Below are positions 9,270-20,135 of a stretch of 64,000 nucleotides of DNA, piece by piece (the first letter of the stretch is position 1; the number at the start of each line of letters is the position of its first letter). The translations under genes were made by a program, and so were the position numbers. The notes beneath the pieces were generated by a model. The model worked only from the letters and a program-made list of their open reading frames with translations, searched no databases and had not been told where the DNA came from. The stretch is from an uncultured Muribaculaceae bacterium. GTDB lineage: Bacteria; Bacteroidota; Bacteroidia; Bacteroidales; Muribaculaceae. Location: positions 21,271 through 85,270 of the forward strand of contig CAJTQV010000008.1 in assembly GCA_910578385.1 (NCBI GenBank), read 5' to 3'.

Positions 9270-11195
9270 TTACCTATCGAGGGATTCGTATTTGGAATGG
9301 TGGCTTTTAAACTCGGGAACAAGGTCTTTCATTCCGGCTACTATAGTCATGTCATCTGACTCTGTCGCAGTCTCCACAAGTGCGTCGATGCGACGCTTTA
9401 TGTCGGCATAGTCATATTCGCGAACCTTGGCGACCTTTATTTTCGGATGGAAAGTGGGCAACGTGGTCTCCTTGTCGTTCAGAACCTCCTCGTAGAGCTT
9501 CTCTCCGTCGCGCAGACCTACATACTTTATCTCTATGTCTTTAGCGCCGCTCAGTTTAATCATGCGTTTGGCAAGATCTGCAATCTTGACAGGCTCTCCC
9601 ATGTCGAAGACATAAATTTCTCCACCATTGCCCATGGTTCCGGCCTCAAGCACGAGCTTGCAGGCCTCCGAAATAAGCATGAAGAAACGTATTATGTCAG
9701 GATGAGTTACCGTAAGAGGTCCGCCTGCCTTTATCTGACGTTTGAAAAGAGGTATCACCGAACCGTTGGAGCCAAGGACATTTCCGAAACGGGTTGTCAC
9801 AAAACGGGTCTCACCCTTGACGGCACCATCCCTCACAGCCTTGTCGAGCGACTGTACATATATCTCACATATACGCTTGGAACAGCCCATGACGTTTGTA
9901 GGGTTCACGGCCTTGTCGGTCGAGACCATCACAAATTTACGCGAACCGTACTTCACGGCAAGATCCGCTATTATAGATGTACCCTTGACATTGTTGACTA
10001 TGCTCTCTGCCGGGTTATCCTCCATCATCGGCACATGCTTGTAGGCAGCGGCGTGGAATACATATTCAGGCCTGTAAAGGCGGAATATGTCCTCCATACG
10101 GTTCTCATGAGTGATGTCAGCCACTATGGTATGTGCTGAAATGGATGGCCACTCCTTGGCCATGCAGAGCCGGACATCATGAAGCGGTGTCTCGGCCTGA
10201 TCCACAAGAATCAGCTCGCCGGGTGCATAGGGCGCAATCTGACGGACCATCTCGCAGCCGATGCTTCCGGCAGCCCCGGTTATCAATATGCGGCGTCCGC
10301 GAATCTGGTCGCCGATTCCATCCATATCAACCTCAATCTTGTCGCGAGGGAGAAGATCCTCGACATCTACATCCTTGAAATGGCTGAAATTAAGGTCGCT
10401 CTTGCCATCCCACTCCTGAGCCGAGCTCATCATCAGAATCTTGATGCGGGCCTCGATAAGCATGTCCACAAACTCGCGGTCGCGACGTATGTCATTGCTT
10501 TTGAGCGGCGAGACAAGCAGACTCTTCGCATTGCAATTGTTGAAGGCCTCAAGAATCTTGGAGCCTTTGGCATAGACACGCTTACCCATCAGACGCTTTC
10601 CGACCATATCATTCTCATCCGAAATGAATCCGGCCACTACATAAGGGGAGTCTTTCTGGTTATTGATATTCTTAGCAAGAGCCACCCCACCCTCTTTGGC
10701 TCCATAAATCAGAACCTTCTGGGTCTTGCCTCCGCGCTTCAGGCCATCATAGAGCGACTTCACCCAAATTCGCAGCGACCATATGAGCATCATGGCTACA
10801 ACGGCCTCAAGAACCATATACGTCGGCTTTTGATAAACAAGCCACGACATGGAACCGGGTACAAACTGAAAAGCGACCCACTGAAAGCCGAGCGACAAGG
10901 CGAGCCCCACACCCATAGCCAGACTGACACGTTGCAGGTCTATGAAAGAGGAGAATCTTATCACACCCGAATAGGTGTGAAACATCTTGAATCCTACAAG
11001 ATAAAATATAAGGTAGAAGCTGAACGTGCCGAGCAACCTGAAAAAATGGTTGTAGGTCTGTTCAAACTCCGTGCTGAAAGCAAAGACAAGGTAATCGCTG
11101 AAGAGTATTATCAGACAGTCGAACAGGAGGATGCTCCAATACGGAAGCGCCGCCTTCGAGAAATACCATGCCAATGCCTTTTCAATTGATTTCAT
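9270..11195 (-). CDS. CapD/PglF-like UDP-GlcNAc 4,6-dehydratase
   Basis: N-terminal TMs; TGAAGSIG, FHAAAYKHVP, STDKAVNP, RFGNVLGSNGSV, GLRDGEKLYEE. Confidence 0.93.
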   Translation of the reverse strand: MKSIEKALAWYFSKAALPYWSILLFDCLIILFSDYLVFAFSTEFEQTYNHFFRLLGTFSFYLIFYLVGFKMFHTYSGVIRFSSFIDLQRVSLAMGVGLALSLGFQWVAFQFVPGSMSWLVYQKPTYMVLEAVVAMMLIWSLRIWVKSLYDGLKRGGKTQKVLIYGAKEGGVALAKNINNQKDSPYVVAGFISDENDMVGKRLMGKRVYAKGSKILEAFNNCNAKSLLVSPLKSNDIRRDREFVDMLIEARIKILMMSSAQEWDGKSDLNFSHFKDVDVEDLLPRDKIEVDMDGIGDQIRGRRILITGAAGSIGCEMVRQIAPYAPGELILVDQAETPLHDVRLCMAKEWPSISAHTIVADITHENRMEDIFRLYRPEYVFHAAAYKHVPMMEDNPAESIVNNVKGTSIIADLAVKYGSRKFVMVSTDKAVNPTNVMGCSKRICEIYVQSLDKAVRDGAVKGETRFVTTRFGNVLGSNGSVIPLFKRQIKAGGPLTVTHPDIIRFFMLISEACKLVLEAGTMGNGGEIYVFDMGEPVKIADLAKRMIKLSGAKDIEIKYVGLRDGEKLYEEVLNDKETTLPTFHPKIKVAKVREYDYADIKRRIDALVETATESDDMTIVAGMKDLVPEFKSHHSKYESLDR

Positions 11196-11217
11196 TGATC
11201 AGATTTTATTTGTTAGA

Positions 11218-12483
11218 TCATCTGACAATCGCGCCTACGATTGTATCCACAATGTATCTTACGTCATCGTCCGACACGTATGGACCTGCCGGCAGACATA
11301 TGCCTGTGTGGAAAAGTTCCTCGCTCACGCCGTTGCAGTATGCAGGCGAAGTCCGGTAAACCGGCTGGCGGTGCATAGGTTTCCAGAGAGGACGGGCCTC
11401 GACATTGGCCGCGTCGAGTATGACACGCAGAGCCTCGACATTGGCATTGGGCTGGCAATCTGTAGTCGCGGTGCTTGCAGCATGTGTCACTCCGGCGGCT
11501 CCACCCACAGCTCCGCTCACTACTGATGCATAGGCATTTTCCTGTCCGCGTATTCTCAATGTAGGGTCGAGCGTGGCGGCACAAAGCCAGAAGTTCGAAT
11601 CGTAACAATCTGACGGATTGCAATGCATGGTTATGCCCTCGACACCCGACAGCAGCTCGCAATAAAGCTCCTGCACATGCTTGTGGTGATTGATGTGCTC
11701 ATCGATGACCGTCATCTGTCCACGTCCTATTCCGGCACAGATGTTGCTCATGCGGTAATTGTAACCTATGTGCTCATGCTGATAGTAGGGATAACTTTCA
11801 CGTGCCTGGGTAGCATAGAAAAGAATCTCCTTCTTCGCAGAATCGTCAGGACATATCAGAGCACCGCCCCCTGAGGTGGTGATCATCTTGTTTCCGTTGA
11901 ATGAAAGCACTCCGTAGCGGCCGAAAGTGCCGAGCACCTGGCCATCATATTTTGAGCCGAGACCCTCGGCGGCATCCTCGATAACAGGGATACCGTAACG
12001 GTCGGCGATCTCCATGATACGGTCTATCTGATAGGGCATACCGTAAAGCGCGACCGGTATTATCGCCTTCGGCTTGCGGCCGGTCTTGGCCATACGGTCC
12101 TTTATCGCTTCTTCAAGCAGGGCAGGATCCATGTTCCACGATTCGCGTTCCGAGTCAACAAAGACCGGAACCGCGGCGAGATACGTAATCGGGTGACTTG
12201 ATGCACAGAAAGTGAACGACTGCACAATCACCTCATCGCCGGGACCGACTCCGCAGGCCAGCAATGCAAGGTGTACGGCAGCAGTACCTGCGCTCAATCC
12301 GACTACACGCCGGTCGAGCGAAGCACCGTTATCCTTGTGATTCACAAATTTCTCGAGATCCTCCTCGAAGCCATTCACGTTCGGTCCCATCGGCACTACC
12401 CAGTTGGTGTCGAACGCTTCCTGTATATAGTCCATCTCCTTACCACTCATGTGCGCAAGGCAGAGATATATCCGGTTTCTCAT
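11218..12483 (-). CDS. DegT/DnrJ-family sugar aminotransferase (PglE/EpsN-like)
   Basis: EDAAEGLG, SFNGNKMITTSGGG, GYNYRMSN, RPLWKPMH. Confidence 0.9.
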   Translation of the reverse strand: MRNRIYLCLAHMSGKEMDYIQEAFDTNWVVPMGPNVNGFEEDLEKFVNHKDNGASLDRRVVGLSAGTAAVHLALLACGVGPGDEVIVQSFTFCASSHPITYLAAVPVFVDSERESWNMDPALLEEAIKDRMAKTGRKPKAIIPVALYGMPYQIDRIMEIADRYGIPVIEDAAEGLGSKYDGQVLGTFGRYGVLSFNGNKMITTSGGGALICPDDSAKKEILFYATQARESYPYYQHEHIGYNYRMSNICAGIGRGQMTVIDEHINHHKHVQELYCELLSGVEGITMHCNPSDCYDSNFWLCAATLDPTLRIRGQENAYASVVSGAVGGAAGVTHAASTATTDCQPNANVEALRVILDAANVEARPLWKPMHRQPVYRTSPAYCNGVSEELFHTGICLPAGPYVSDDDVRYIVDTIVGAIVR

Positions 12484-12540
12484 GTGTGTAGGTGTTATTG
12501 AAGAATCCGACGGAAGAGACGGTATAGGGCCGACGGTTCG

Positions 12541-13146
12541 TCAGATGACAATTCCATTATCTAATATAACGCATCCATGTCCCGGAAAAGTATTTATACC
12601 CACCGACATTTGCTGCAATTTCTGATACCATTTCTGAGCCTCGGTCTTGTCGCTTTTCGGGAAAGTGGCTATCACTTTCACCCCGGGAATAAAAGAATCG
12701 CCCGTAAAAAGGCGATTACCGATTTTGTAGGTCAGACAACTTTTGTCGTGCCCCGGTGTGGCAATCACTTCAATTCCCGCATCCACGAACATCGGCAACC
12801 TCTCTCCGTCAGCGAGTTCCCGTATAAGGGGAGATTCAACTGCTATCGGATCATTATGATACCGGGAGAAGTTCCATTTCGGATTGGCAAGTGCCTCGCG
12901 CCCAAACTCCGAAGTATATACCGGCACCCCCGGGAACTCATTCATGAACCCGCGGATGCCATATATGTGATCGTAATGCGTATGAGTCAGCAACATGGCT
13001 TTTAACTTCAACCCGTTAGCCCTTATATATCCGGCCACACGTGATACGTCGCCGAGATCCACGACAACAGCCTTCTCCAGATCGTGCACCACATAGGTGT
13101 TTGAGCTGAAGATACTGTTGATGAATCTCTCGACTTTTATATCCAT
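12541..13146 (-). CDS. MBL-fold metallo-hydrolase
   Basis: THTHYDH, TPGH, LFTGD, FPGHG. Confidence 0.88.
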   Translation of the reverse strand: MDIKVERFINSIFSSNTYVVHDLEKAVVVDLGDVSRVAGYIRANGLKLKAMLLTHTHYDHIYGIRGFMNEFPGVPVYTSEFGREALANPKWNFSRYHNDPIAVESPLIRELADGERLPMFVDAGIEVIATPGHDKSCLTYKIGNRLFTGDSFIPGVKVIATFPKSDKTEAQKWYQKLQQMSVGINTFPGHGCVILDNGIVI

Positions 13147-13153
13147 AATACTA

Positions 13154-13771
13154 TCAATTGTGTCCGTTGAAAGGTTCGACAGTTGCCTGCCCCTGCGCAG
13201 ATATTCCGTCTCGCTTCAATACTTTTTTCAATGTCTCGGCAATAACCTGAAGGTCTGTCTTGAGCGATATGTGATCCACATACCACACATCATACTCGAA
13301 CTTCTTTTGCCATGATATGGCATTTCTTCCGTGGCACTGCGCCCACCCCGTTATCCCCGGACGCACCTCATGACGGCGAGCCTGCTCCGGCGAGTATAAA
13401 GGGAGATAGCGCACCAGCAACGGACGCGGGCCAATAAACGACATATCTCCCTTGAGAACATTCCAGAGCTGTGGAAGTTCATCGATTGAAGTCGAACGCA
13501 CGAACCGGCCAACGCGTGTAAGCCTTTGCGCATCGGGCAACAGCTTGCCATCTGCATCCCGTTCATCGGTCATTGTCTTGAATTTGACAACCTTGAATAT
13601 CTTGCCATTCTTTCCGGGGCGATCCTGTGTGAAAAATGCTCCGGCACCTTTGTTTGCCACATGAAGCCATGCGGTGACAGCTGCCAACGGAATGGCGAGA
13701 ACTACCAGTGCGCAACCCGATACTGCGATATCGGCCGCACGCTTTATGTAAGAGCTGTAGAATTTACCCAT
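13154..13771 (-). CDS. PglC-like initiating phosphoglycosyl transferase
   Basis: KRAADI, KFKTM, SIDELPQLWNVLKGDMSFIGPRP, RPGITGWAQ. Confidence 0.92.
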   Translation of the reverse strand: MGKFYSSYIKRAADIAVSGCALVVLAIPLAAVTAWLHVANKGAGAFFTQDRPGKNGKIFKVVKFKTMTDERDADGKLLPDAQRLTRVGRFVRSTSIDELPQLWNVLKGDMSFIGPRPLLVRYLPLYSPEQARRHEVRPGITGWAQCHGRNAISWQKKFEYDVWYVDHISLKTDLQVIAETLKKVLKRDGISAQGQATVEPFNGHN

Positions 13772-14651
13772 AGATTTTCTTGTGAGGGAAACCGGAGGAG
13801 GCTTCGGCGGCATCCTCCACTGTTATGAACCTGTAGCTGTCGAGCAATGATGACAACCCCTCGAAACTGCGTTTGCGCCCGACATTGGATTTCATGTACC
13901 GGAGCACACGGTTTTTCAATGTGCCGGGTTGCTTGAAATACTTCTCGTATTGCTCGGCTGTCATCAGTTTTGACTTAAAATCGACAAGGTCGGCCAGATG
14001 GAAGTAGCACATCACGTATTGAGACCGTGACATACGCGATTTTACAAACGACAGCGGCAGCAACCGGAAGTATCCACCGCCGGAGTAAGCGATCTTTTTC
14101 CCGATAAGTGGCAGCGGTTCGAGTGTGATGGGGAACTCGTTTATTGATGCTCCGCCACATTCAAGCACCACCGGACCGCAGGCTGTCCCGAACGACGGGA
14201 AACCGCCGAAATCCCGCACTCCGGGAAATATCGAGGCATCGTTCTTTATGCCGCATGAAGCAAGCACCTCCAGAGCAGTCCTGTTCTTCTCTCCTATCGA
14301 GAAGGCCGGTGCACGGTAGCTCACCACCTCGCGTCCGGAACAATCCTGAAGAGCGGAGACAGCGTCGCGGGTGTCCCGCGCAAGTTGCTCCTCATTCATG
14401 GTGGTAAGCCATGTGTGGCGCAGCGAGTGACAACCGATCTCATGTCCCTCGGCCGCGATTGATTTCACTACCTGGGGGAATTTACGCGCCATCTCGCCGA
14501 CGCAGAAAAAGGTTGCACGCACCGAATGACGGTCAAGCAATTCAAGCACACGGTCAAGCATCGCATCATATGCATCCAGTTTCCATTGCTCATTGCCACG
14601 GAAAACTTTCTCTATGTACCACTCCTCTATGTCGAAACTAAGTATTTTCAT
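13764..14651 (-). CDS. Polysaccharide deacetylase (NodB-like, DUF3473 type)
   Basis: SFDIEEW, ATFF, GHEIGCHSLRH, YRAPAFS, SGGGYFR, YFH; no signal peptide. Confidence 0.85.
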   Translation of the reverse strand: MKILSFDIEEWYIEKVFRGNEQWKLDAYDAMLDRVLELLDRHSVRATFFCVGEMARKFPQVVKSIAAEGHEIGCHSLRHTWLTTMNEEQLARDTRDAVSALQDCSGREVVSYRAPAFSIGEKNRTALEVLASCGIKNDASIFPGVRDFGGFPSFGTACGPVVLECGGASINEFPITLEPLPLIGKKIAYSGGGYFRLLPLSFVKSRMSRSQYVMCYFHLADLVDFKSKLMTAEQYEKYFKQPGTLKNRVLRYMKSNVGRKRSFEGLSSLLDSYRFITVEDAAEASSGFPHKKIYG

Positions 14652-14657
14652 CTATTG

Positions 14658-15797
14658 TTAGTCTGTCTTTTTGCGCAGCCGTCCGCCACGGAACTCAATC
14701 TTGTTGAAATTGGCAAGCAGTGAGCGCACCATCGGTTTCCAGTCTCTGAATCCCCCTTCCTGATAGTAAATATCTTTTCCCCAGAACCTGAACCAGTTCG
14801 GGCGGCTTTTGAATCTGTCGGGCGACGACATGAACCACATCATGTCGAGACCAAGATACCGGAGCGTCTTGCCGGGTGAATATGTGAAACTTTCAAGCGG
14901 CAATCCGAGAGCATCACGAGCTATGAGCGCGGGAAAATTGACACCCGATACCGCAGCCCCGCGCAAACTTGCCGGAACCCGAGGATTTATCTCAATAATA
15001 CGGGGCTCACCATCTACGGTCTGCAATATGTCGAAGTCTGCAAAGCCTACATATCCTATCTCATTGAGAACTTTCATGGCAAGTTCCACCAATTCAGGAG
15101 CTTCAACTGTCCGGCACATCGATGAAGAACCGCCCTGTAACGGATAATAACGGATTATCTCAAGCACGGCATGGTTCACGCACTTGCCCGAGACATCGCG
15201 GTAGACCATGACATTGAAATATGGTCGTCCACCTTCGATAAACTCCTGCACATGACAAGAACCATATTTTGCCGTGACCTCAGCAACCTTGTCCACAAGT
15301 TTAGCAGGGTCGGTAACTTTGACGATGCCGCGGGCACCGACGGAATGATTCGGCTTTACCAACACAGGAAAAGAGAGCGCACGGACAGTATCTGCGTTCA
15401 CAGCATCACCCTCTAATGTACGCGGATGGGGGAAACCCTTTCGCGCACACAAATCCATAAGGCGAAGTTTGTCGGCGGCGAGTTCAAGTTGTTGAAATCC
15501 AGGAACAGCCGCCACACATCCTGTCGTTTCAGAGATATTCTCCCTGTTCTCGCTGAGCATCGAGGCATAGACATCGCTCATCGGTATGGCGACATCAACT
15601 TTGTTGTCGCGTATAAACGACAACAATGGGGTTATGCCATCGTTGTATCTGCCATAACCCCTGAAATCGAGTGCTTTCGAGCTGAGGGAGTAGTCTCCCG
15701 GCGGTGCCCATAGTCCGGTTCTGAATCCCGCATCATGCAGGGAACGCGCCGCCGATACCGCCTGGAGTCCACCTCCGACTATCAGTACTGTCTTCAT
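14658..15797 (-). CDS. ATP-grasp carboxylate-amine ligase
   Basis: DKLRLMDL, FPVLVKP, GARG, VQEFIEG, IIEINPR. Confidence 0.85.
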   Translation of the reverse strand: MKTVLIVGGGLQAVSAARSLHDAGFRTGLWAPPGDYSLSSKALDFRGYGRYNDGITPLLSFIRDNKVDVAIPMSDVYASMLSENRENISETTGCVAAVPGFQQLELAADKLRLMDLCARKGFPHPRTLEGDAVNADTVRALSFPVLVKPNHSVGARGIVKVTDPAKLVDKVAEVTAKYGSCHVQEFIEGGRPYFNVMVYRDVSGKCVNHAVLEIIRYYPLQGGSSSMCRTVEAPELVELAMKVLNEIGYVGFADFDILQTVDGEPRIIEINPRVPASLRGAAVSGVNFPALIARDALGLPLESFTYSPGKTLRYLGLDMMWFMSSPDRFKSRPNWFRFWGKDIYYQEGGFRDWKPMVRSLLANFNKIEFRGGRLRKKTD

Positions 15798-15808
15798 CTC
15801 ATGCCGTA

Positions 15809-16867
15809 TCAGATATATTGCACCTCAGGTATAACCATCGGACCGACAGTGGCGCTCATCGTACCCCATGACAGGCCGAGGCCGAACGACGACATGAGCA
15901 GACGGCAAGAGCCTGCTGTAAGCCGGTCGCGCAGACGTGTAACCATCAGAGAGGGTATCGAAGCACCACCGAGATTACCGTATTCCTCGAGATTATACGG
16001 AACCTTGTCGAGGGGGAGTTTAAGTTTCTTTACCACCCGGTCAACGATCATTTTGTTAGCCTGGTGAATCAGGAAATAGTCCACATCTGTGTTGCGGTCT
16101 ATACCTTCGTCGGCCATGAATTTATCTACCGACTTGGGCGGTTTGGAAATGGCGAACGAGAACACATTCATGCCGTTGATCATGGTGTGGATAGGCGCAC
16201 GGACAATACCGTTGCCGAAGTCCTCCTCTACAAACGACTCGGGTGTTGCCGGACGGCGGAAACCTCCGTGAGGGGTCATTAGTGCTTCGTAACCGCTTCC
16301 CATAGTGTGGAAATCAACAACTATCTCTCCGGCCGAGGGGTCATATTCGAGAGCCACAGCCGTACCGCAGTCGCCGAACAGTGGCACGCGGCTCTTATCC
16401 TTCATCGAGCCCATGCGCAGGGCTGTGTCACCGATGAGCAACAGCGCACGCTTCACATTGCCCGTGGTAAGAAGATTGCTTCCTACGGTTATGGCATAGA
16501 GGCAACCGCAGCAGCCCATAGGCATGTCCAGACAGAATGTAGTGTCGGGAAGTCCCATGCGGTCCTGCAACAGACAGGAGGTAGGAGGTGTCTTGTAATC
16601 CCCCGTCACTGACTCGAATATCAGCACGTCTATGCTGTCACGCTCCCAGCCGAGTTCCTCAAGCAGCTTCTCGGCCGCTTTCTGGCACATGTCGGAGGCG
16701 CATACAGATTCATCTGCAATATGACGCCGCTTTATGCCGACTGTCTTGTTGAAAGTCTCGGCCTCTTCGGGCGTCATGATGTCAATGTCCTCTGTGGCCA
16801 CGACATTCTCCGGGACACATGCCGACACGCCTGCAATCCGGACGTTATTGATTCTCCACTTAGCCAT
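15809..16867 (-). CDS. FabH-like ketoacyl-ACP synthase III / acyltransferase
   Basis: MGCCG catalytic Cys region, LFGDCG, HQAN, YGN, FGLGLSWG. Confidence 0.87.
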   Translation of the reverse strand: MAKWRINNVRIAGVSACVPENVVATEDIDIMTPEEAETFNKTVGIKRRHIADESVCASDMCQKAAEKLLEELGWERDSIDVLIFESVTGDYKTPPTSCLLQDRMGLPDTTFCLDMPMGCCGCLYAITVGSNLLTTGNVKRALLLIGDTALRMGSMKDKSRVPLFGDCGTAVALEYDPSAGEIVVDFHTMGSGYEALMTPHGGFRRPATPESFVEEDFGNGIVRAPIHTMINGMNVFSFAISKPPKSVDKFMADEGIDRNTDVDYFLIHQANKMIVDRVVKKLKLPLDKVPYNLEEYGNLGGASIPSLMVTRLRDRLTAGSCRLLMSSFGLGLSWGTMSATVGPMVIPEVQYI

Positions 16868-17106
16868 CAGAATTCAATTCCCTGGTTAGCCACAATCTCC
16901 TTAGCGTTGGCATAGGAGGTAAATGCCATTATATCCTCGGGATCAAGCATGATGTCGAACGCCTCCTCGGCCAGTGACACGAGGTTGAGCTGGTGAACCG
17001 AGTCCCACTGCTCCACGGTATCTTTTGAGAAACCGTCGCCGAGGGCATCGGCTGCGACACCGAATACTTCTGTAAAAATCCCGTTGAATTTATCTATATT
17101 GTTCAT
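16867..17106 (-). CDS. Acyl carrier protein
   Basis: 79 aa acidic protein with WDSVHQL phosphopantetheine motif. Confidence 0.85.
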   Translation of the reverse strand: MNNIDKFNGIFTEVFGVAADALGDGFSKDTVEQWDSVHQLNLVSLAEEAFDIMLDPEDIMAFTSYANAKEIVANQGIEF

Positions 17107-17129
17107 AGTTCTAATACCGTTTATGTTAG

Positions 17130-18527
17130 TCAATCGTTTGGAAGTTTTGCATAGAGTATCTTGCCTGCCTCGTTCTTGGGAAGTACATCAATCGGACGTA
17201 TGTCAATCACATTAGCCGGCAACTTCAAAGACTTAAGCAGCACCGCAAGAGCTTTATCCTGCTGCGCGATGTCGGTAAGATACACTATCAGTCTGTCATC
17301 CGACCCTGTACATGCACACTCGCATGTCACGGCCGATTTCAGTATGTGCTCGCACTCGTCGAGTCCGATGCGGTTCCCGAATATCTTGAGGAAGCGGCCC
17401 ATGCGACCCTTTATGAAGTAGAAACCATCCTCATCGCGATATGCGATATCGCCCGTCGGCAGAAAACCGTTCCTTTCGTCGCCAAGGGCAAGATCCTCCC
17501 GGCACCGGGCATAGCCCATGGTCACGTTGCGGCCCCGGTAGCACATCTCGCCGGTAGCGGGAGACTCCTTTATCTCATTGCCTTCGGTATCGCGCAGGGA
17601 GAGTTCCCCGTTTGGAACGGCTATGCCGATGCTGCCCATTTTTGAGATGGCATATTCTTCGGGTAGCCAGGCCATGCGGGCAGTGCCTTCAGACTGTCCG
17701 TAAGTCGCAACCCAGCGCTTGCCGTTGTCGCGACAGTATTCCGCGAATTTCAGATTGAGTTCGGTGGGCATCTTTCCTCCACCCTGCGTAAGCAGCGTAA
17801 GATCCGGGAGTTTCATGCGTGTGAACCGAAGTTTGTCGAGCACCTCGAAACTGAAGGGGACGCCTGTGAAACTTGTGGCATGTTCCTCCTTGAGAAATTT
17901 CCAGAAACCCGGATCTGTCATCTTGAGGTCGGTTATGAGTATCGTCGCGCCCACCTTGAGATGGCTGAAAACCATCGACAGTCCCATTGTATAATAGAGC
18001 GGGAGCACCATGAATGGACGGTCCTCCTTTGTCAGACGGAAGAAGGTAGAGATATTGAGAGCGGCCGCCTCGATATTGTCATATTTATGACGGACAAGTT
18101 TCGGGCTGCCTGTCGATCCTGACGTAGGCAGCATATGGCTTAGATCCTGATGGAGTTCACAGGCCGTCGCCCCTGTACGTTCGAGCACATAACCACGGTC
18201 TGCGGCAACTTCCTCACCGAATGATGTCCCCATATTTTCGGGGCGACATACGTATTGCGGAGAATAGGTGCTGACAAGAATGTCGAGCAATGCCTGCTCT
18301 GTATGTGCGTTGAGAATGAGGGGGACATTTCCTGAAAGCAGCGAGGCAATTACCCACGCTATGCCTCCGGTGTTGTTCTCCGTCAATATGAACATCAGAC
18401 TTCTCTCCGGCAGAGACTCGCGCAGACGACGGCTCAACGCGATAATCTCTCCATACGACAGAACGCCACCCGAGGAATCTCTGGCGGCGACAGTCTCCGG
18501 ATTATGTCTGTCTAAATCAAGCAACAT
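17130..18527 (-). CDS. AMP-binding (ANL) acyl/aminoacyl ligase
   Basis: TSGSTGSPK, TYGQSE, TGD, KGRMGRFLKIFG, LPKNEAGK. Confidence 0.9.
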   Translation of the reverse strand: MLLDLDRHNPETVAARDSSGGVLSYGEIIALSRRLRESLPERSLMFILTENNTGGIAWVIASLLSGNVPLILNAHTEQALLDILVSTYSPQYVCRPENMGTSFGEEVAADRGYVLERTGATACELHQDLSHMLPTSGSTGSPKLVRHKYDNIEAAALNISTFFRLTKEDRPFMVLPLYYTMGLSMVFSHLKVGATILITDLKMTDPGFWKFLKEEHATSFTGVPFSFEVLDKLRFTRMKLPDLTLLTQGGGKMPTELNLKFAEYCRDNGKRWVATYGQSEGTARMAWLPEEYAISKMGSIGIAVPNGELSLRDTEGNEIKESPATGEMCYRGRNVTMGYARCREDLALGDERNGFLPTGDIAYRDEDGFYFIKGRMGRFLKIFGNRIGLDECEHILKSAVTCECACTGSDDRLIVYLTDIAQQDKALAVLLKSLKLPANVIDIRPIDVLPKNEAGKILYAKLPND

Positions 18528-18575
18528 AGTGTCTATGTATTTTCAAATAGTGCTGCCGGCTCGCAGCAGTCACTT

Positions 18576-19313
18576 TCAAATCGAGGCGCAACCGTCAACC
18601 CCGAGAATCTGACCGGAAATGTACGATGAGTTGTCTGAGGCGAGGAACGCGCATGCCCGGGCGATATCCTCGGGAGTTCCGAGACGTCCGAGCGCGATAC
18701 GACCGATACGCGCGTCAATCTTGTCGCCCGATGCCTCGTAAAGTTCCTCGAAGCGTTCGGTCTTCACGATACCGGGAGCAACTGCATTGACGCGGATTCC
18801 CTGAGGCGCAAGTTCCTTTGCCGCCGATTTAGTAAACGCGATTACGGCACCCTTTGTTGCAGAGTAGGCACTCTGACCTGCGGAGCCGAGCACGGCTGTG
18901 ACAGAAGCTATATTTACTATTGAGCCCCCTCCGCTGCGGGCCATGATGCGCGAAACAAGCTGAGTCATCTCAATTACGGCTATGACGTTGACGCGGAACA
19001 TAAGTTCTGTCTCGGCCCTGACAATCATTCCGATTTTTTTGTTGAAGACCACTCCGGCGTTATTCACAAGCACATCAATACGACCCTGCTCCTTCTTGAC
19101 CTGCATCATCGCGGTCTTGACACCGGCGGCATCAGTCACATCGAAATATAACGGATGGAATGCGGCGTTCCCGGCTGCAAGCTCATCCATGGAGCCTTCA
19201 CGAAGGTCGCAGCCATAGACCACAGCCCCCTCTCTAAGGAGTTCCAGCGCTATGGCATGTCCGATGCCCTGCGCCGCACCCGTAACCACACAAACTTTAT
19301 CTTTGAGCAACAT
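18576..19313 (-). CDS. SDR oxidoreductase (FabG-like)
   Basis: TGAAQGIG, NNAG, YSATK, VAPG. Confidence 0.9.
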   Translation of the reverse strand: MLLKDKVCVVTGAAQGIGHAIALELLREGAVVYGCDLREGSMDELAAGNAAFHPLYFDVTDAAGVKTAMMQVKKEQGRIDVLVNNAGVVFNKKIGMIVRAETELMFRVNVIAVIEMTQLVSRIMARSGGGSIVNIASVTAVLGSAGQSAYSATKGAVIAFTKSAAKELAPQGIRVNAVAPGIVKTERFEELYEASGDKIDARIGRIALGRLGTPEDIARACAFLASDNSSYISGQILGVDGCASI

Positions 19314-19379
19314 ATGTTAAGTTTCATTTAAGCCGGGCATATGCACCGGCTATATATCATGGAAGATTCCAAGGCAATC

Positions 19380-20135
19380 TCATACCAGACTACGGCCGCC
19401 ATCAATCACCAGACTTGAGCCGGTCACCCATGCGGCGGCATCCGACAACAGATACACTACGGCATGAGCCACCTCCTCGGGACGGCCATATCTCTTGAGA
19501 GGATATTTCTCCTTGTCGGCCTTCACTGCTTCTTCATCAGTGACACCGTTCATTATCAACGGAGTCTCCACGCGACCGGGATGAACCGAATTGCAACGTA
19601 TAGACTTTGGCGCAAGCTCAAGGGCGGCATATTCCATAAAAGTGGTAAGAGCACTCTTTGAAGCCCCGTAAATCCCGTTTCCTACCGAAACATTGCCATG
19701 TCCGGAAATCGATGACATGAAAACGACAGAGGCTCCACGCGCCAGTTTTTTCTTCTTCACCAATTGTTTGAGAAGAAGAACAGGCGAGAAGCAGTTTATA
19801 CCGAAGATATTTTCGATATCACCCCCGGAATAGAACTGAAGCGGCTTCATCTTGTTTGTTCCGGCGTTAAGGACAAGACCGTCGATTTCGGGAAGTGAAG
19901 CTACCATGCTGTCAAGATTCTCTGTATCCGACAGATCCTGCACCGCAATGACCGGTCTGCAACCATCGGCAAGCATGGAAGCCGTTTCCTCAAGAGCATC
20001 CCGGCGCCTGCCTACAAGCACACAACAAGCCGCACCTCCGGCAGAACAGGCCACTGCTGTCGCGCGGCCAATACCGGAAGATGCGCCTGTAATCAGGATT
20101 GTTTTCCCCTTGAGCGTATAGGGATCCTGATTCAT
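19380..20135 (-). CDS. SDR oxidoreductase (FabG-like)
   Basis: TGASSGIG, NAG, YGASK, VHPG. Confidence 0.9.
   Translation of the reverse strand: MNQDPYTLKGKTILITGASSGIGRATAVACSAGGAACCVLVGRRRDALEETASMLADGCRPVIAVQDLSDTENLDSMVASLPEIDGLVLNAGTNKMKPLQFYSGGDIENIFGINCFSPVLLLKQLVKKKKLARGASVVFMSSISGHGNVSVGNGIYGASKSALTTFMEYAALELAPKSIRCNSVHPGRVETPLIMNGVTDEEAVKADKEKYPLKRYGRPEEVAHAVVYLLSDAAAWVTGSSLVIDGGRSLV

Noticed and set aside
10179..11189. 336-aa plus-strand ORF (likewise 28368-29315, 46025-47092, 37162-38058, 40898-41722)
   Set aside because: Antisense shadows of well-supported genes with no recognisable motifs.
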